Source of the DNA: Burkholderiales bacterium
GTDB taxonomy: Bacteria; Pseudomonadota; Gammaproteobacteria; Burkholderiales; Burkholderiaceae_C
DNA: 64,000 bases
Reading direction: 5' to 3'
Assembly (NCBI GenBank): GCA_017302655.1
Contig: JAFLDE010000002.1
Span: forward strand, 21,993-85,992
Positions 40,003-48,766 of the stretch are shown here, piece by piece (position 1 is the stretch's first letter; the number at the start of each line of letters is the position of its first letter). Position numbers and translations under genes: made by a program. The notes under the pieces are model-generated. The model did not search any database. It saw nothing but the letters and a program-made list of their open reading frames with translations, and was not told the origin of the DNA.

Positions 40003-42891
40003 GCCGGCGCGTCCGCCACGGCGCAAGCTCAGCCAGCCCAGTCCCAGCAACAGCAGGCTCGCTGCATCCGGCTCAGGCACCGCGCTCACGCTCAGCACCC
40101 CGTCGATCAGCAGGCGCGAGCGGTCCCAGACCCACCCCGCCCGCAGACTCGGTAGATCCAGCAAGCCGAACTGGCCGTCCAGACTGCCGAAGTCCAACAG
40201 GTCGAAGCGATCACCCGGTCGGGCGCTGAAGCCTTCGGCGAAAGTCACGGACAACGCTCCGCCGCGGAGGCTGAGGCGTCCGGAAACCCGCAACGCGTCG
40301 TGGCCGCTGCCAGCCTGCAGCCCGCCCACCTCCATGAAGAGGGTCTGAGCACCTAGCGTCGCCTCGCCGTCGATCGATAGCAGGCTGGCGCCTTGGCCCG
40401 TTCGCAGATCGCCCTCGAAGAAGAAGGCGCCGCCGCCGGTGAATGCGCCATCCCCCTGCACATTCCCGAAGAACACCATGGTGTTTCCCTTGCTGGCGCG
40501 CATCTCCAGGCCGTTGTGCAGCAGGTCGCCGAACAGGGTCAGCGTCGCGCCGCCCGAGACCAGCACGCGGCCGTCCTTGGCGTTGTCCATGGTGGTCACC
40601 AGATCGGTGTCGTCGCTGAAGGCCAGCAGCCCTTCGTTGCGCAGCGAGCCGGCCTCTACCAGGCCGCGCCCACCCAGTGTGGCGCCGGCGCCGTTCAGCA
40701 GCTTGCCATCCACCTGCAGCGCCCCGCCCAGCACCAGCAGCGATCCTTCGTTGTCCAGCGCACCGTCGAGCTGCAACAACTGGCCCGCGCCGACGCGCAC
40801 CTGCCCCTGCTTGGCGTTCTGCAGCGAGCCGCTGAGCAGGCCTTCGCCCTGCAGGCGCCCCTCGTTGAGCAGGCTGCCCACCTCGATGCGCGCCCCGCCA
40901 GGCTGCATCTGCAGCGTGCCCTGGTTGCGCAGGCTGCGTGCGGCCAGTCCGTCGCCTGACACGCTCAGCAGCCCAGCGCTCACCACTTCGAGGCTGCCCA
41001 GCACCTCCACGCGGCGTTCGGCGCTCAGTGCCAGCGAGGCCCCCAGCAACCCACCGCTGCCCACCACCAGCGTGTCACGCGTGAGTCCCAGCACGCCGCT
41101 CTGGAAGCTGAAGCGCCCGGCACCTTGCAGGCCCCCCAGGTTCAGGCGCCCGCCGTCCAGCGTCAGGTTGGACAGTGGCGCGAGTTGCAGGATGCCGTCG
41201 ACGCTCAGCTGACGGCCATGGCTCAGTGTCAAGCTGTTGCCCAGCAGCGCTGTGCTGCCCAGCGCCAGATCGCTGCGCACGCGCAGATACCCATGCTCGA
41301 AGTCGAGCGTCCCCGTGAAGCCGTCGATGCGCCCTACGTCGAGCGTGCCGCCGGACAGCGTCACCGTCACCGGTCCGCTGCTGCGCAACGCGCCCGTAAC
41401 GGCCAGCGTCGCCTCGCTCTCGATGGCCACAAGCGTGGAGAAGGTGACTCCGGAGCCGGAAAAGCCCGAGAGCTCGGCATCGCCATTGACCCGCCAGGCA
41501 CTGCCTGCACCGGTTAGCAGCACATTGGCACTGCCCGTACCGACCTGCATATCGCCGCTGGTGAGCACCGAGCCCGACTCGATGCGCAGATCGACCACAC
41601 CCTGGCGGCCCGCAATCACTCGGCCCGCCTGCAAGCTGGCGCCGTTGCGCATCAAGAGCTGCGAGCCGTTGGGCACGTAGTTGCAGAACGGCACGCAGCC
41701 CCCGTCCGGGACCGAAACGAAGTAAAGCGTCCCCACCTGCATGTGCCCGTCGTCGAGCGTGATGCGCGCCACCGACTCTGAGCGGTTCGCCACCTCCAGG
41801 TCGCCGGCGATGGTCCAGCGTCCGTCCGAGCGGATATCGACGGTGGCGGCCGCATTGCGGCTGCCCAATACGCGAGCGCCGGCGCTGTTCAGCTGCCCGC
41901 CCTCGGACACCTCGAGCGCGCTGCCCCCGCCCACCACCGACATCGCTCCCTCCACGCGCACCGCGCCGCCGGCCACATGGAAATGCCGGCTCGCACTGGG
42001 CGTGGTGATCGAGGAAAAAGTCGCCGGCCCCACCGACAGGCTGCCCAACTCCACCACACCGCCACGCTCCACCGCCACCGTGGCGCTGCCCCGCGCAACG
42101 CCCCCATAAATGGCTTCCATGAACAGTTGCTGCGCGCGCAGGGTGCCGCCATCGCCCACCGTCAGGCGGGCGACTTGGTTCTGCTCGGTCATGGTGATCG
42201 TGCTGGCATGCAACACCCCACCGGAGCGGATGTCCACCGTGGCGTGACCGCTGCGCGCCAGCGACAGCTGGCCGGCGTCGAAGTAGCCGCTGTTTCGCAG
42301 GGTCAGTGCGCCCTCGCCGAACGACTCCCCGATGACGCTGCGCTGGGCCGAGGCGGCGCCGCCGTCAATGTCCAGCAAGCCGCTGTAGCCCGTGCCGACC
42401 TGGATCTGCTGCACCGACAGACGCCCGTCGTCCGCCACACGCAGGGTGGCCAGCCGGGCGCCGGCCACATCGAGCGTCGGCGCCGACAGCTCCGAGCCCG
42501 CCCCCAGGTGCAGGGTGCCCGCATCGTTCACCCAGACCCGCCCCGAGGACTGCATCAGGCCCTGCTGCAACTCGATGCGACCGGTCTGCACATCCACATC
42601 GCTGTTGACGAACCAGTCGTTGAACTCCAGGTTCACCGTGGTGTTGCCGGCCAGCACGGCCAGCCCGGCCGTGTAGGCGCGGCTCGAGACATAGACGAAG
42701 GAACCAACCGCCGCATTGAAAACCACACGATCGAACTCTGAGGGAACCCGCCCGCCCTGCCAAGCACCCGGATCGAAAAAGTCGCCATCGTCGCCCAGCC
42801 AGGCAACGTCAGCGGCACCAGCGGGGGCCAGCAGGAGGGCCGCAGCCAGGGCCACTGCAGGGCGGCGAAATCGTGTCGTGAGTAGGCGCAT
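39991..42891 (-). CDS. Large secreted beta-strand-repeat protein with C-terminal PEP-CTERM sorting signal
   Basis: Signal peptide; Gly-rich passenger-like beta repeats; C-terminus VPEPDAASLLLLGLGWLSLRR. Confidence 0.88.
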   Translation of the reverse strand: MRLLTTRFRRPAVALAAALLLAPAGAADVAWLGDDGDFFDPGAWQGGRVPSEFDRVVFNAAVGSFVYVSSRAYTAGLAVLAGNTTVNLEFNDWFVNSDVDVQTGRIELQQGLMQSSGRVWVNDAGTLHLGAGSELSAPTLDVAGARLATLRVADDGRLSVQQIQVGTGYSGLLDIDGGAASAQRSVIGESFGEGALTLRNSGYFDAGQLSLARSGHATVDIRSGGVLHASTITMTEQNQVARLTVGDGGTLRAQQLFMEAIYGGVARGSATVAVERGGVVELGSLSVGPATFSSITTPSASRHFHVAGGAVRVEGAMSVVGGGSALEVSEGGQLNSAGARVLGSRNAAATVDIRSDGRWTIAGDLEVANRSESVARITLDDGHMQVGTLYFVSVPDGGCVPFCNYVPNGSQLLMRNGASLQAGRVIAGRQGVVDLRIESGSVLTSGDMQVGTGSANVLLTGAGSAWRVNGDAELSGFSGSGVTFSTLVAIESEATLAVTGALRSSGPVTVTLSGGTLDVGRIDGFTGTLDFEHGYLRVRSDLALGSTALLGNSLTLSHGRQLSVDGILQLAPLSNLTLDGGRLNLGGLQGAGRFSFQSGVLGLTRDTLVVGSGGLLGASLALSAERRVEVLGSLEVVSAGLLSVSGDGLAARSLRNQGTLQMQPGGARIEVGSLLNEGRLQGEGLLSGSLQNAKQGQVRVGAGQLLQLDGALDNEGSLLVLGGALQVDGKLLNGAGATLGGRGLVEAGSLRNEGLLAFSDDTDLVTTMDNAKDGRVLVSGGATLTLFGDLLHNGLEMRASKGNTMVFFGNVQGDGAFTGGGAFFFEGDLRTGQGASLLSIDGEATLGAQTLFMEVGGLQAGSGHDALRVSGRLSLRGGALSVTFAEGFSARPGDRFDLLDFGSLDGQFGLLDLPSLRAGWVWDRSRLLIDGVLSVSAVPEPDAASLLLLGLGWLSLRRGGRAGSRA

Positions 42892-43028
42892 GCAAGCTCC
42901 GTGGAGGCATTGAGGGAGGCAACTTTCGCCAGCGCAGGGCCGTCATCACGTCACCGCGAAGGGCCGCCAATGCCTTGGGCCGCCCGGCTGAAGGCAATCT
43001 AGCCGGCCACCGACGGACGGCAGACTTG

Positions 43029-43050
43029 TTGTCCCGTATTCACGGGACAA
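43029..43050. promoter_or_regulatory. Perfect 9-bp inverted repeat (possible operator or hairpin)
   Basis: TTGTCCCGT-ATTC-ACGGGACAA, about 140 nt upstream of the PEP-CTERM start and 53 nt past the FemAB-like stop; no T-tract. Confidence 0.4.
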
Positions 43051-43103
43051 GCGTTCCCAGCTCAATCAGGGGAACCAGCGATCGGCGGCGGTCCTGTTGC
43101 GCC

Positions 43104-44231
43104 TCAACGGAAAGGCGTTCGAGCCACCAACTCTGCCTCGTATACCTGCACGGCGGCTTGTTCCTGCACGCTGAAGCGCCGCACCGCATCGGCGAAGCGA
43201 TCGTCGGCCAAGCAATGGAAGCTGTGGGTGGCCACCGGCAGCAGGCCCCGCGCCATCTTGTGCTCGCCCTGCGCGCCGCCCTCGAAGCGCTGCGCTCCTT
43301 CGGCGAGGCACCAGACCAGCGGCGCGTAATAGCAGAGCTCGAAGTGCAGGGAGCGAATCTCGCGCAGGCAGCCCCAGTGGCGGCCGTAGAGCACGCCGCG
43401 TTCGGCGTCCCAGGCGCACAGGCTGGCCGCCACGCGTTCGCCATCCAGCTCCGCGCTGAACAGCAGCCACTCCACCCCGCACGCGGCGAAAAAGTCATCG
43501 GCCAGATAAGGCGTCTGCCCGCGCACCGCGTAAGTGGCGGCGTAGCAGCGTGCCCAGAAGGCCCAATCCGCCGCGCCGATCTCGTGGCCGCGCTGCACCC
43601 TCATCTGAGCGCCCGACTCGCGCACCTGGCGGCGCTCCTGCAGGATCTTCTTGCGCTTGTCGGCCCGCAAGCTGGCCAGAAAGTCCTCGAAGCTGGACCA
43701 CGCCGGCTGACGCTGCCAATGAAACTGCGGCTGCTCGCGCCGCGCCCACTCGTTCGCGGGCATGGCGGCGGCATCGGCGGCGCTGCCGAACAGCAGGTGC
43801 AAGCCGCTCAGCCCCAGTTCGCTCGCCAGCAACGGCAACTGCCTCACCAGCGTGGCACGCGCCAAATCGTCCTCGGCCAGCAACCGACTGCCCGGCACCG
43901 GTGTGAAGGGCACGGCCAGCACGCCCTTCGGGTAGTAGCGCAGCCCATGCTGGGCGTAGGCGCGCGCCCAGGCCTGGTCAAACACGTACTCGCCCCAGGA
44001 ATGCGCCTTGATCCACAGCGGCGCGGCGGCGCACAGGCGGTCGCCCGCCTCCAGCAGCACGAAGCAGGCCTGCCAGCCGCTTTCGGCCACCGCACTGCCG
44101 CTGGCCTGCAACTGCTGCAAAAAATCCCGGCGCATGAAGGGGGTCGGCGCATCCTGCCGCGCCAGCAAGTCATCCCACGCGTCCGGCAGCGAAGCCAGGT
44201 CTTGCACGCAGCGCAGTTGAAACCTCGACAT
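43104..44231 (-). CDS. FemAB-like / DUF482 GNAT-fold protein
   Basis: KAHSWGEYVFDQAWA, YYPKGVLAVPFTPVPG, LYGRHWG, HFELCYY, FEGGAQGEHKMARG. Confidence 0.9.
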   Translation of the reverse strand: MSRFQLRCVQDLASLPDAWDDLLARQDAPTPFMRRDFLQQLQASGSAVAESGWQACFVLLEAGDRLCAAAPLWIKAHSWGEYVFDQAWARAYAQHGLRYYPKGVLAVPFTPVPGSRLLAEDDLARATLVRQLPLLASELGLSGLHLLFGSAADAAAMPANEWARREQPQFHWQRQPAWSSFEDFLASLRADKRKKILQERRQVRESGAQMRVQRGHEIGAADWAFWARCYAATYAVRGQTPYLADDFFAACGVEWLLFSAELDGERVAASLCAWDAERGVLYGRHWGCLREIRSLHFELCYYAPLVWCLAEGAQRFEGGAQGEHKMARGLLPVATHSFHCLADDRFADAVRRFSVQEQAAVQVYEAELVARTPFR

Positions 44232-44242
44232 GGGCCGGCATC

Positions 44243-44617
44243 ATGCCGGGCATGCTGTACCGCCTGGCCGCCGAGGGCATCTTGCTGCTGCACCTGGCGT
44301 TCATCGTCTTCGCCGTCGGTGGCGGCTGGCTGGCTCTGCGCTGGCGCCCGGTGCTCTGGCTGCAATTGCCGGCCTGTGCCTGGGCGGTGTGGATCATGGC
44401 CAGCGGCCGCATCTGCCCGCTCACGCCTTTGGAGAACCGCCTGCGCCAACTGGCCGGCGAGCAGGGCTACACGGGTGGTTTCATCGAGCACTACGTGCTC
44501 GCGCTGATCTACCCGGAGGGCATCACGCGCGAGGTGCAGATCGCCCTGGCCATGGTGGTCCTGGGCCTCAATCTGCTGGTCTGGGTGATCCTGCTGCGGC
44601 GCTCGCATCGCGCCTAG
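44243..44617 (+). CDS. DUF2784 family membrane protein
   Basis: LLLHLAFIVF...ICPLTPLENRLR...GYTGGFIEHYV..LIYP. Start may be ATG 44252. Confidence 0.85.
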   Translation: MPGMLYRLAAEGILLLHLAFIVFAVGGGWLALRWRPVLWLQLPACAWAVWIMASGRICPLTPLENRLRQLAGEQGYTGGFIEHYVLALIYPEGITREVQIALAMVVLGLNLLVWVILLRRSHRA

Positions 44618-44691
44618 GAACCGGGGCGGAAGCAGCCGCTCCGGCAAGCCGGTCTCTCGCCAAAACGACTGGCGATGCTTGGCACCCGGTG

Positions 44692-45153
44692 TCAGCTCTT
44701 GGCCATGCTCAGGCCTTCGTGCGAGACCACCAAGCTCTCGATGGCGAATTCGTTGCCACTGACCTTGAATTCACTGCTCTGCACCCTGCTGGGCCAGGCA
44801 TCGGCCAGGGTCCAGACCATGACGGCGGCGCCCGACTCGTCGAGCAGGCGGATGGTCAGCGGCTTGCGCTGGATGGTGGTCGTCTTGGCCTCGTTGAACC
44901 AGTCCCAGAACTGGCGCTCGCCCTTGAAGAGGCCGCGCTTCAGGGTCACGTCGCCGAACTTCTTCACGCCGGGCATCTTGAGCACCGAGAACTGCGGGCT
45001 GTTGCCCGCTCGGTATTCGATGGGCTGAGCCTCCATGCCGAGGCCGGAGACCTCCTGGAAACGCATCTCGGCGCCGCCCCACTGGACATGGAACTGGAAC
45101 TTGGGCTGCGGCCAGACGGCTTCACCGGAGCTGGGGGCAGATGGATCAGGCAT
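44692..45153 (-). CDS. T4-gp19-like tail tube protein (eCIS Afp1/5 type)
   Basis: PKFQFHVQW, FQEVSGL, IEYRAG, KMPG.KKFGDVTLKRG, FWDWFN, W.L.DAWP, AIESLVVSHEGL. Confidence 0.9.
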   Translation of the reverse strand: MPDPSAPSSGEAVWPQPKFQFHVQWGGAEMRFQEVSGLGMEAQPIEYRAGNSPQFSVLKMPGVKKFGDVTLKRGLFKGERQFWDWFNEAKTTTIQRKPLTIRLLDESGAAVMVWTLADAWPSRVQSSEFKVSGNEFAIESLVVSHEGLSMAKS

Positions 45154-45166
45154 GGCGCAACTCCTT

Positions 45167-46651
45167 TCAGGACACTTGCATGGGCTGCTGGAAGGTGATC
45201 TCGATGAACTCCGCCGGCCGGCTCACCGCCACCTGCACGGTGACCCGCAGGATCCCTTGCTGCACGTCTTCCGCAGTCATCGTCTCACCCAGTCCGCACT
45301 GCACGCTGAAGGCCTGCTCGGGCACTGCACCAGCCAGGCCACCCCGCTTCCACAGGATGGTGAGGAAGTCGCCGAGCATGGACTGGATCGCCACCCAGGT
45401 GTGGGCGACATGGGGCTCGAACACCAGCGCCTTGCAGGCGAGTCGGCAGCTCTCCTCCACCATCATCAAGGTTCGTCGCACGTTGACATAGCGCCCATCC
45501 AAGCTGTTGCCGTCCAGCGTGCGGGCGCCCCACACCAACACGCCCTCGCCGACGAAGCTGCGGATGGCGTTGATGCTCTGGCCCTGAGGGGACAGGTTCA
45601 GACCTTCCTGCTGTTCTTGCGAAACGGGCACCGCTGGCTTGACCACGCCGGCCACGCGGACATTGGCCGGCGCCTTCCACACGCCGCGCTCGTGGTCCAC
45701 CCAGGCGTAGACGCCGGCCATGGCGGCGCACGGGCCCAGGCGGTTCATCTGGCGGCAGATTTCGGCCATCAAGGCCCCGTAGGCGGGCGAACCGGCAATC
45801 AAGGCCTCGTGCAGTTCCGCGGCGCCTGCGGGCCTGGCCGTCTGGTCGCCGAGTTCGGCCGCATCAAGCAGCCGCTTCACGTCCTTGGAGGCCTGCGCAT
45901 CGGCGCGCACCATGGCTGCCACGGTGCCGGTCAGCGATGCGTGTTCGATGTGCCTCCAGTCGACCTCGTGCGGGTCAACGACCGTAGTGTCGAGGTAAGG
46001 GAAGTAGGCGGCACCGTTGATCAGCCCGGTCTGGCCCAGCCGCCTGCAGAAGTCGTTCACCGGGTCGCGCGGCGAGTCGAGTTCCTGGTCGCCGTTGGGC
46101 ACGTCGAGGATGGCAAAGCGCTGGCGCTGTCTCGCGTCCGAGCCTTGCCTCAGCATCTGCTGCTGCAAACCGATGCAAGCTTCAAGCGCCAACGACACGG
46201 CGTCGGGAACGACGAGCAGGCTCGATTCCCGCTCGCCCTGCAGCGCGGAGATTCCCCTCACCAGCGCTTCCTCCGAAGGTGCGTGGGTGTAGTCGCCCAC
46301 CGAGACGACCCAGCACGCTCCCCCGCCATTGGTGAAGTAATGGCGCATGCCGTGGTACAGGCGGAAGCGCGGACCGGTCTGCGCCACGGTGTAGCGCTGG
46401 GCGCCAACCCGAAAAGCGCCGTCAGCGGCCTCGGTGAGGCTGAAGCGAGCCGGAGGCGCACCGCCGAAGAAGCGCTCGAACTCGGCCATCGAGCCGATGC
46501 GCCAGGGCACGCCGAAAAGGGACTTGCCACCGTCCTCGGCTCTGGCGGTGTAGCCGATGAAGGCGGGCACCGCCGTGGCCACCTCGACCACCGCCCCGGC
46601 CAAAGGGTTCCTCTCGGCGATGTAGACGCCCGGGGTCTTCATGTCGCTCAT
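45167..46651 (-). CDS. Contractile tail sheath protein (eCIS Afp2/3/4 type)
   Basis: KTPGVYIAE, TAVPAFIGYT, RGVWKAPAN, WGARTLDGNS, YVNVRRT, LVFEP, RPAEFIEITFQQ. Confidence 0.92.
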   Translation of the reverse strand: MSDMKTPGVYIAERNPLAGAVVEVATAVPAFIGYTARAEDGGKSLFGVPWRIGSMAEFERFFGGAPPARFSLTEAADGAFRVGAQRYTVAQTGPRFRLYHGMRHYFTNGGGACWVVSVGDYTHAPSEEALVRGISALQGERESSLLVVPDAVSLALEACIGLQQQMLRQGSDARQRQRFAILDVPNGDQELDSPRDPVNDFCRRLGQTGLINGAAYFPYLDTTVVDPHEVDWRHIEHASLTGTVAAMVRADAQASKDVKRLLDAAELGDQTARPAGAAELHEALIAGSPAYGALMAEICRQMNRLGPCAAMAGVYAWVDHERGVWKAPANVRVAGVVKPAVPVSQEQQEGLNLSPQGQSINAIRSFVGEGVLVWGARTLDGNSLDGRYVNVRRTLMMVEESCRLACKALVFEPHVAHTWVAIQSMLGDFLTILWKRGGLAGAVPEQAFSVQCGLGETMTAEDVQQGILRVTVQVAVSRPAEFIEITFQQPMQVS

Positions 46652-46681
46652 GGCGGCACCTTCAGAGGTCGCGACGGATCG

Positions 46682-47788
46682 TCACTCACCTGCCGCCGGC
46701 AATCCATTCGCCACGGCGTCGGCGATGGCAGCGCCCACCTGCGCACAACTGGCGCTGCCGCTGAGGTCGGGCGTGCGCGGCGCGCGGGGGTCGGACAGCA
46801 CCTGCTCGATGGCGGCCAGCACGGCGTCGTGCGCAGCGCGGTGGCCCAGGAAGTCCAGCATCATGGCGCCGGCCCAGATCTGCCCGATGGGGTTGGCGAT
46901 GCCCTTCCCTGCGATATCCGGGGCCGAACCATGCACCGGCTCGAACAGGCTGGGCCAGCGCCGCGTCGGGTTCAGGTTGGCCGAGGGCGCGATGGCGATG
47001 GTGCCGGTGCAAGCCGGCGCGAGGTCGGAGAGGATGTCTCCGAACAGATTGCTGCCCACCACCACATCGAAATGGCCGGGCCGCTGCACGAAATGCGCGC
47101 ACAGGATGTCGATGTGGAACTGCTCCACCGTCACATCCGGGTAGCGCGCGGCCATGGCCTGCACCCGCTCGTCCCAATAGGGCATGGTGATGGAGATGCC
47201 GTTGCTCTTCGTGGCCGAGGTGAGCTTGCGTCGCGGCCGACTGGCGGCGAGTTCAAAGGCGAAGGCCAGCACGCGATCCACGCCGACACGGCTCATCACC
47301 GTCTCCTGAATCACCAGTTCCCGCTCGGTGCCGGCGAACATGCGCCCGCCGATGCTGCTGTACTCGCCCTCGGTGTTCTCGCGCACGATCCACAGGTCGA
47401 TGTCGCCGGGCTTGAGCGGCTCTCCCTGGCGGTTCACCAGCGGCGAACGCACGCCCGGCAGCAGGCGGGCCGGGCGCAGGTTCACGTACTGGTCGAACTC
47501 GCGGCGGAACTGGAGCAGCGAGCCCCAGAGCGAGACATGGTCGGGCACCGTGGCCGGCCAGCCGACCGCACCGAAGTAGATCGCATCGTGCCCGCCGATC
47601 TGCGTCTTCCAGTCCGGCGGCAGCATGCTGCCGTGGCGCTCGAAGTAAGCGCAGTGGGCAAAGTCGAATTCGTCGAACTGCAGTGCCAAGCCGAAGCGCT
47701 GCGCGGCGGCACGGAGCACACGCAGGCCTTCGGGCATCACCTCCTGGCCGATGCCGTCGCCGGCGATCACGGCAATGCGCTGCGTCAT
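46682..47788 (-). CDS. Tartrate / D-malate dehydrogenase (decarboxylating), IDH/IMDH family
   Basis: IAVIAGDGIG.EV, HVSLWGSLL..RREFDQYVNLRP, VRENTEGEYS, TSATKSNG, SNLFGDILSDL, FEPVHGSAPDI; ATGA overlap at 47785-47788. Confidence 0.92.
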   Translation of the reverse strand: MTQRIAVIAGDGIGQEVMPEGLRVLRAAAQRFGLALQFDEFDFAHCAYFERHGSMLPPDWKTQIGGHDAIYFGAVGWPATVPDHVSLWGSLLQFRREFDQYVNLRPARLLPGVRSPLVNRQGEPLKPGDIDLWIVRENTEGEYSSIGGRMFAGTERELVIQETVMSRVGVDRVLAFAFELAASRPRRKLTSATKSNGISITMPYWDERVQAMAARYPDVTVEQFHIDILCAHFVQRPGHFDVVVGSNLFGDILSDLAPACTGTIAIAPSANLNPTRRWPSLFEPVHGSAPDIAGKGIANPIGQIWAGAMMLDFLGHRAAHDAVLAAIEQVLSDPRAPRTPDLSGSASCAQVGAAIADAVANGLPAAGE

Positions 47789-48672
47789 TCGGACTCCTCG
47801 TTGAAGAAGGGCAGCGCCTCGGCCAGCAGCGCCTCGGGGGCTTCCTCGGCGATGTAGTGGCCACAGTCCAGCGCGCGGCCGCTCACGTTCGTGGCCGCGG
47901 CCTGCCACAACGCCAGCGGGTCGAAGCACCTTGCCACCACACCCTTCGCGCCCCAGAGCACGCGCAAGGGTTGAACCAGCCGCCGGCCAGCCGCCCGGTC
48001 GGCGCGATCGTGTTCAAGGTCCACCCCGGCACTGGCGCGGTAGTCGCTGCAGATGGCCTGGGCACTGCCGGGGCGTGCGATGCAGCGCGCGTACTCGGCC
48101 CAGGCTTCCGGAGCGAAAGCGTCCGAGCCCGCCAGGCGTCGACCCACGCTTTCGCGCAGATAGGCCGCCGGGTCGGCCTCGATCAAGCGCTCGGGCAAAG
48201 GCGCCGGCTGAATGAGGAAGAACCAGTGCCAGTACGCCCGCGCGAAGGCCTCGCCGGTGGCCTCGTACATCGCCAGCGTGGGTGCGATGTCGAGCAGCAT
48301 GGCGCGCGAGACAGCATCGGGGTGGTCGAGCATCAGGCGGTGGGCCACGCGAGCGCCACGGTCGTGCGCCAGCACCGCAAAGCGCTCATGACCGAGGCTG
48401 CGCATCAGGTGCAAGGCATCTCGCGCCATCTCGCGCTTGCTGTAAGCCGCGTGCCCAGGTCCCGGCTCAGGTCGACCGCTGTCGCCATAGCCCCGCAGGT
48501 CCAGCAGGATGACGCGATGCTGCCGCGCCAAGCGCGGCGCCACGCGATGCCACATCGCCATGGTCTGCGGATGCCCATGCATCAGCAGCAGCGGCGACCC
48601 CGCGCCGCCTTGCCGCCACACCAGTTCCACGCCATCCCGTTGAAGGCGTCGGCGATCGAAGTCTTGCCACAT
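47785..48672 (-). CDS. Alpha/beta hydrolase, haloacetate (fluoroacetate) dehalogenase-like
   Basis: LLMHGHPQT, AHDRGARVAHRL (Asp nucleophile + 2 Arg), AYWHWFF, SDYRA, CGHYIAEE. Confidence 0.85.
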   Translation of the reverse strand: MWQDFDRRRLQRDGVELVWRQGGAGSPLLLMHGHPQTMAMWHRVAPRLARQHRVILLDLRGYGDSGRPEPGPGHAAYSKREMARDALHLMRSLGHERFAVLAHDRGARVAHRLMLDHPDAVSRAMLLDIAPTLAMYEATGEAFARAYWHWFFLIQPAPLPERLIEADPAAYLRESVGRRLAGSDAFAPEAWAEYARCIARPGSAQAICSDYRASAGVDLEHDRADRAAGRRLVQPLRVLWGAKGVVARCFDPLALWQAAATNVSGRALDCGHYIAEEAPEALLAEALPFFNEESE

Positions 48673-48766
48673 GGGCAGGGATTGTGGCGAGAGGCTTCAG
48701 AGATCGCCGGACCGGCGATCGGGTACGCCTCCAACTTCAGGAATGGCGCACTGCGGGGTCAGAGGC

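Noticed and set aside
42994-43009. Sigma54 promoter for the PEP-CTERM gene (minus strand TGGCCGGCTAGATTGC)
   Set aside because: GG-to-GC spacing is 11 nt; sigma54 needs 10.
44692-46651. Prophage or type VI secretion system
   Set aside because: No capsid, terminase, portal, integrase or lysis genes; the sheath is a single Afp-type chain rather than TssB/TssC, and the tube is gp19-like rather than Hcp.
46682-47788. leuB partnering the LeuCD-like genes for leucine synthesis
   Set aside because: Motifs (HVSLWGSLL, TSATKSNG) fit the tartrate/D-malate dehydrogenase branch; the LeuCD-like genes sit in a catabolic operon 10 kb away.
45035-47857. 940-aa plus-strand ORF across the sheath and dehydrogenase genes
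   Set aside because: Shadow of three well-supported minus-strand genes; no recognisable domain.
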